From: Candidatus Bathyarchaeota archaeon | GTDB lineage: Archaea > Thermoproteota > Bathyarchaeia > Bathyarchaeales > Bathycorpusculaceae | Assembly: GCA_963739305.1 (NCBI GenBank) | Contig: CAVTZU010000009.1 | Span: 20,399 to 84,398 of the forward strand | Reading direction: 5' to 3' | Length of the DNA stretch: 64,000 bases | In this document: positions 60,014-64,000 of the stretch, one piece after another | How the letters are laid out: each line of letters starts with the position of its first letter | How positions within the stretch are numbered: the stretch's first letter is position 1 | Translations under genes and position numbers: made by a program | The notes under the pieces: generated by a model | The model's database searches: none | The model's input: the letters and a program-made list of their open reading frames with translations, nothing else | Told to the model about the DNA's origin: nothing

Positions 60014-60661
60014 TCAGGTTGCTTTGCTGCCACTGCTTTTTCTTCGCTTTCTCGCCCAGTTCACGTTTACAGCTTTTGCCAAGCGCTTAAACTCTTCGTC
60101 ATCCATCCATTCCGTTTTCAAGTATTCACAGATTCTTTTGTCACTCAGTCCGAGACGCCTTGCTTCCTCAACCGCAGACTTGTAAGCTTCTACCTCAGTT
60201 GGTCTTTCAACGTAGGAGAAGTTGTGATCAAAAAGCTCTTTGCCTTCCATAAACTGCTTCACATGAACGAGTTCATGGATAAAGTCAAGATAGATTTCAA
60301 GACGGTTGCCCGTCCTGAGGTAATCAGCGCTGATTATCATGTGTCCGTCCACTTCGCTGACGCCCATGTATCCCCTTCGTCCCATGAACTCAACCCTAAG
60401 GTTTGAAAGCACTTTTTCAGTGTCATCGCCAAAAATCCGTTTCACAGCCTCAACTTTGTCGAACCCCTTGAAATAATCGATGAAAGGATAAGTTGCGACG
60501 GGAACTCTCCGGGTTATAATGACGCTTGGTGGATGCCTTATGATTATGGACTCTCCTTGTGGTCTGAGGGTATGAAGGAGAAGATTAGTAAAGTTTATCC
60601 TTTCGAACAAGTGTTCAGAATCACCGACTTGCCCAAAAGAAGGTTCACTATCACGCTTCAA
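60014..60661 (-). CDS. HExxH zincin-like hypothetical protein (true start probably about 60500)
   Basis: FIHELVHVKQ..ERPTEVEAY. Confidence 0.7.
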   Translation of the reverse strand: MKRDSEPSFGQVGDSEHLFERINFTNLLLHTLRPQGESIIIRHPPSVIITRRVPVATYPFIDYFKGFDKVEAVKRIFGDDTEKVLSNLRVEFMGRRGYMGVSEVDGHMIISADYLRTGNRLEIYLDFIHELVHVKQFMEGKELFDHNFSYVERPTEVEAYKSAVEEARRLGLSDKRICEYLKTEWMDDEEFKRLAKAVNVNWARKRRKSSGSKAT

Positions 60662-60670
60662 GTAAGAAAT

Positions 60671-61492
60671 ATGTCGACATCTGACTTCGATTTCGCCGTC
60701 CAGATCACAGCCGAAATGGGGTGGGGATTGAGCAGGTCAGATTTCGAATTCATGATGGAACTTGAACCTGGCGGATGCTTTGTGCTCAATGAAGACTCAG
60801 CGAAAATAGGGATTGCCACGACAGTGAGCTTTGGCAAGATCGCCTGGTTTGGAAACTTGATTGTCAAAGAAAGCGCACGAGGGAAAGGCGGAGGCTCCAT
60901 GTTGGTCAAACAGGCTTTGGAATACTTGAAAAGCAAGAAGGTTTCGACGGTTGGTCTCTACGCATACATGGAAAGGATACCGTTTTATCAGAGACTAGGG
61001 TTCAAGGCTGACTTGGACTTCATCGTCATTAAAGGAAAAGCCTTCGCATCCCCTTCCCAAAGCAGCGTGAAAAGAGCTGACAAAAAAGACTTTCGCAAGA
61101 TCATTGAACTTGACAAGTCCTGTTTCGGTGAATCGAGAAACAAAATGCTTGAACCAATCATCTCAGACCCCGACAACGTTACATACGTGTCCATAGAGAA
61201 CAAAAGAATCGTCGGCTACTCAGTAGCAAAAGTCTTCCGAGGAATGGCCGAACTGGGCCCAATCGCTTGCGTTAGAGGAAAAATGAAGACTGCCTTGAGC
61301 CTGATCGCAACCACGCTCAATGACCTGCAGGGTCACGAAGCCTCTGTCTTCGTGCCAGAGAAAGAAGTCGAAATACTTTCGATGCTGACCAAAAATGGGT
61401 TCAGCCAAGCCCTCAGGGTGAAAAGAATGTTCAATGGCCCCCCCATGGCCAAAGACTGCATCCTCACAGCAGAATCTCTTGAAAGAGGTTGA
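60671..61492 (+). CDS. tandem GNAT acetyltransferase
   Basis: RGKGGG, FYQRLGF, ELGP; start uncertain. Confidence 0.85.
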   Translation: MSTSDFDFAVQITAEMGWGLSRSDFEFMMELEPGGCFVLNEDSAKIGIATTVSFGKIAWFGNLIVKESARGKGGGSMLVKQALEYLKSKKVSTVGLYAYMERIPFYQRLGFKADLDFIVIKGKAFASPSQSSVKRADKKDFRKIIELDKSCFGESRNKMLEPIISDPDNVTYVSIENKRIVGYSVAKVFRGMAELGPIACVRGKMKTALSLIATTLNDLQGHEASVFVPEKEVEILSMLTKNGFSQALRVKRMFNGPPMAKDCILTAESLERG

Positions 61493-61496
61493 CAAA

Positions 61497-62875
61497 ATGT
61501 CTTCGAATCTTTGCGGAATCATACTTGATGATTTCATCAAGACTTCATGGCCTTGCATTGAAGCTTCGGTTAAGCAACTTGAACTGTTCAAAGGAGAAGA
61601 AAAGAAACAAACAGAGTTGTACTGGTTCAAGGAAAGGCAGAGAAATTCTGCCACATTTGACGGTTCACACTTCTTCCTGAGATGCTCCGTTGAATACGCT
61701 AATCCGCAACTCACCGTTGAGGATGTTCAGGGGATAATTGCGACGCGTCTGCTGGAGGTCTGCTCAAACTACTTCAAAGAGCGAGGACTGCATCAGCCTA
61801 CTCCCCAAGAGATGGAAGAAATCTGCGCCATCCTGAGAAAACCTTCGACTGGAACAGTTGTTTCCTTTCTTCTCAACACGGATGACATCGAGATAGACAG
61901 GTATTCAATGAACCCCCTCAAACAATCAATCGTAGACAGTGGACAGAGCGCCTTCCCAGCAGCATTCGTGAAAACAGAAAACCTCCGAATCGACGAGAAG
62001 TTCGTCCAGAAATATGAAGGCTCGCTCTTTTGTAAAAAAGAGATTGAAACCATAGAACATCACCGTCAAGATTGTAACAACAGTTACATTGACATGGTTG
62101 ATGCTGTCAAGTACGAACACCTAGCAAGGTTGTCGGAAGCATTTGGAATCGACCTGTCACTATACTCAATGCGACTGCCACTGACAGCGATGCAAAAGGA
62201 ATCCACAGAAAGCTTACTTCATCACATAATTCGAGAAGCCCACAAGGACTACCGATCATTTGAAAACATATACAAGTGCATGGGCAGGAGCATGAAGAAT
62301 CTAAGCACGTTGTTGACAATTCCTCATTCTGCAAAAGGCTATGGATCGAAAAGAGCAGCGAGAGGAAGAATCTATTTCGACGGAGACAAGCTTAAGAACG
62401 TAAAAGTGGACTATCGAACGACGCTTCTTTATCCAAATGCAATTGACCCTGCAGATGTCAGCGTTGTACAGGCAGATGATAGCTTCATGGTGGAAGGTGA
62501 CAAACTTGGGAATTATAACTTCAAGGAGACGCCTTCTTCACCCCAGTTCTTCCTTTACTCTCTAGCATCACCTGAGAACGCCGTTGTCTGGCATGGCATA
62601 GGAGCTTTTGGAGCTTCGGAGTTGCTGAAAAGCTACACAACCACTCGAGTAGCGGTGTCTCGGGGCAAGTGATACCGGACCTATACGAAAAATACGGCGT
62701 AACCGGCAGAGTGCCGTTGCAGTTCAACCTCGTGCCCAAGTACATGTGGTTTCATCCTGTTCACCGCAACATAGACGCAAGCATAGGATGTGTCCAGAAC
62801 CTGAAGGATCTAGCGGACTTGGGCATGCGGATGGAGCATCTGCCTGAGGAGCAGTACGTCAGAAAAACAGAGTGA
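61497..62875 (+). CDS. unrecognised protein of about 460 aa, probable frameshift near 62670
   Basis: ORF 61434-62672 continues in 62669-62875; GAGGT before the ATG at 61497. Confidence 0.65.
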
Positions 62876-62893
62876 AAAATGGTGACGAACTGA

Positions 62894-63505
62894 ATGTTCT
62901 TCAAACAAATCAAACAATATGGTGACAACTTTTCCTACGTGTTAGCCGACGAAAAAACCGGTGAAGCCGCCGTCATAGACCCGAGCTTCAATGCTGCTGC
63001 AATAACAAAGCTGCTCAAGGATCACAGGCTGAAAGCTAAGTACGTCATAGACACGCATGGCCACAGTGACCATACCGCTGGTAATGATGAAATAAAGAGG
63101 ACGTTTGGTGCAAAGATCGTTGCACATGAACTTTCGAAGACAAAGAAAGATGTTTCCGTGGTTGATCAGGACACGGTAAACGTCGGCGACGTCTCAATCA
63201 GGGTGATCTACACTCCTGGCCACACCGTTGATGGCATATGCCTCTTGGTTGACGACAAATTGTTGACCGGGGACACGCTGTTCGTTGGAGAATGTGGAAG
63301 AACTGATTTGCCTGGAAGCAGCCCTGAAGACATGTATCATAGTCTCTTTGACAAACTGATGAAACTCGATGACAAGGTTGAAGTATACCCTGGTCATGAC
63401 TACGGGCCGAAACCTTCCTCAACGATTGGAGAAGAGAAGAGAACTAACTACGTTCTTGAAAAGCGCACTTTGAAAGAATTTATCGATTTCATGTCCCAGC
63501 CATAA
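62894..63505 (+). CDS. MBL-fold metallo-hydrolase (glyoxalase II-like)
   Basis: THGHSDH, TPGHT, TGDTLF, YPGHDY. Confidence 0.93.
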   Translation: MFFKQIKQYGDNFSYVLADEKTGEAAVIDPSFNAAAITKLLKDHRLKAKYVIDTHGHSDHTAGNDEIKRTFGAKIVAHELSKTKKDVSVVDQDTVNVGDVSIRVIYTPGHTVDGICLLVDDKLLTGDTLFVGECGRTDLPGSSPEDMYHSLFDKLMKLDDKVEVYPGHDYGPKPSSTIGEEKRTNYVLEKRTLKEFIDFMSQP

Positions 63506-63751
63506 CGCATCAAGACTTAAATCAATCTAAGCTGGAGAAGGTTCCAGCGCGCTCTAATCACCCGCATAGCTTTGGTGCCCGCATGTGATCTTGAGTTACA
63601 ATCATGGTGCGTTGATTGTCGTTAACAGAAGTTTTCTGTCAGCGTAGCAGAGGCACTTGTAGCGGAGAGGTGTGCCACAGCAGCAGATAATTATATTTAT
63701 TACGCTGATGTGGACTAGAAGCTGAATAACGGCAAAGGTTCTGGAGGATCT

Positions 63752-64000
63752 GAGATTTCAGTCAAGACTGGCTCTTACCTCGTCGAGGTTGAGATTCCTG
63801 AGAGTTACATGGGTAACCTGCTTGACTTTGTCTATCAGAAATACCTGCTTCCTCAGAAAGCAAGGTTTGTGGACATATCAAGAGGAGAAGTCTGGCAATT
63901 CTTCTCTTGCCTTCGTGGTTCTAGACAAGGCTGGTCACCGAACACTTAGAGCGGAGCTCATCGGTGGAAAGCCGATCAAGGTGGACATTGAACCGATCTC
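63752..64000 (+). CDS. partial hypothetical CDS running off the window (start uncertain, probable frameshift)
   Basis: Protein-like frames EIPESYMGNLLDFVYQKYL.. and ..KPIKVDIEPI. Confidence 0.35.

Noticed and set aside
63510-63720. Possible structured ncRNA in the last intergenic gap
   Set aside because: No recognisable SRP, RNase P or C/D-box pattern that I could support by eye.

Overview
Archaeal chromosomal window, most consistent with Bathyarchaeia/TACK (inferred from GINS23-MCM, RFC pair, Taw1, translin, cohesin/dockerin and PEF-like surface proteins). A conserved core (about 12.6-33.8 kb) holds translin-EndoV-HD-tRNA-binding genes, rfcL/rfcS, a glutamate/nitrogen cluster, GINS-MCM, thrC, glnA, Lrp and tRNA-Leu(GAG). 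It is flanked by accessory regions of small, variable and fragmentary genes. Three things stand out. (1) About 15 pure alternating (GC)n tracts of 8 nt or more lie at gene ends, in intergenic spacers and at gene-fragment breakpoints, only in the accessory regions; they look like junction marks. (2) A candidate glutamate-sensing module: a 647-aa RHH/CxxC/V4R-like regulator, a GDH with a tandemly duplicated unknown N-terminal domain, a Walker-degenerate KaiC/RAD55-like protein, an FMN glutamate-synthase-family gene and a second GDH, with a repeated RTGTWCAY box in three promoters. (3) An island downstream of tRNA-Leu with orphan tRNA 3'-end (att-like) remnants and a 30-bp inverted repeat. Many single-base frameshifts, including one in MCM, suggest sequencing error rather than true pseudogenes. 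All calls come from reading motifs by eye; no database searches were run.
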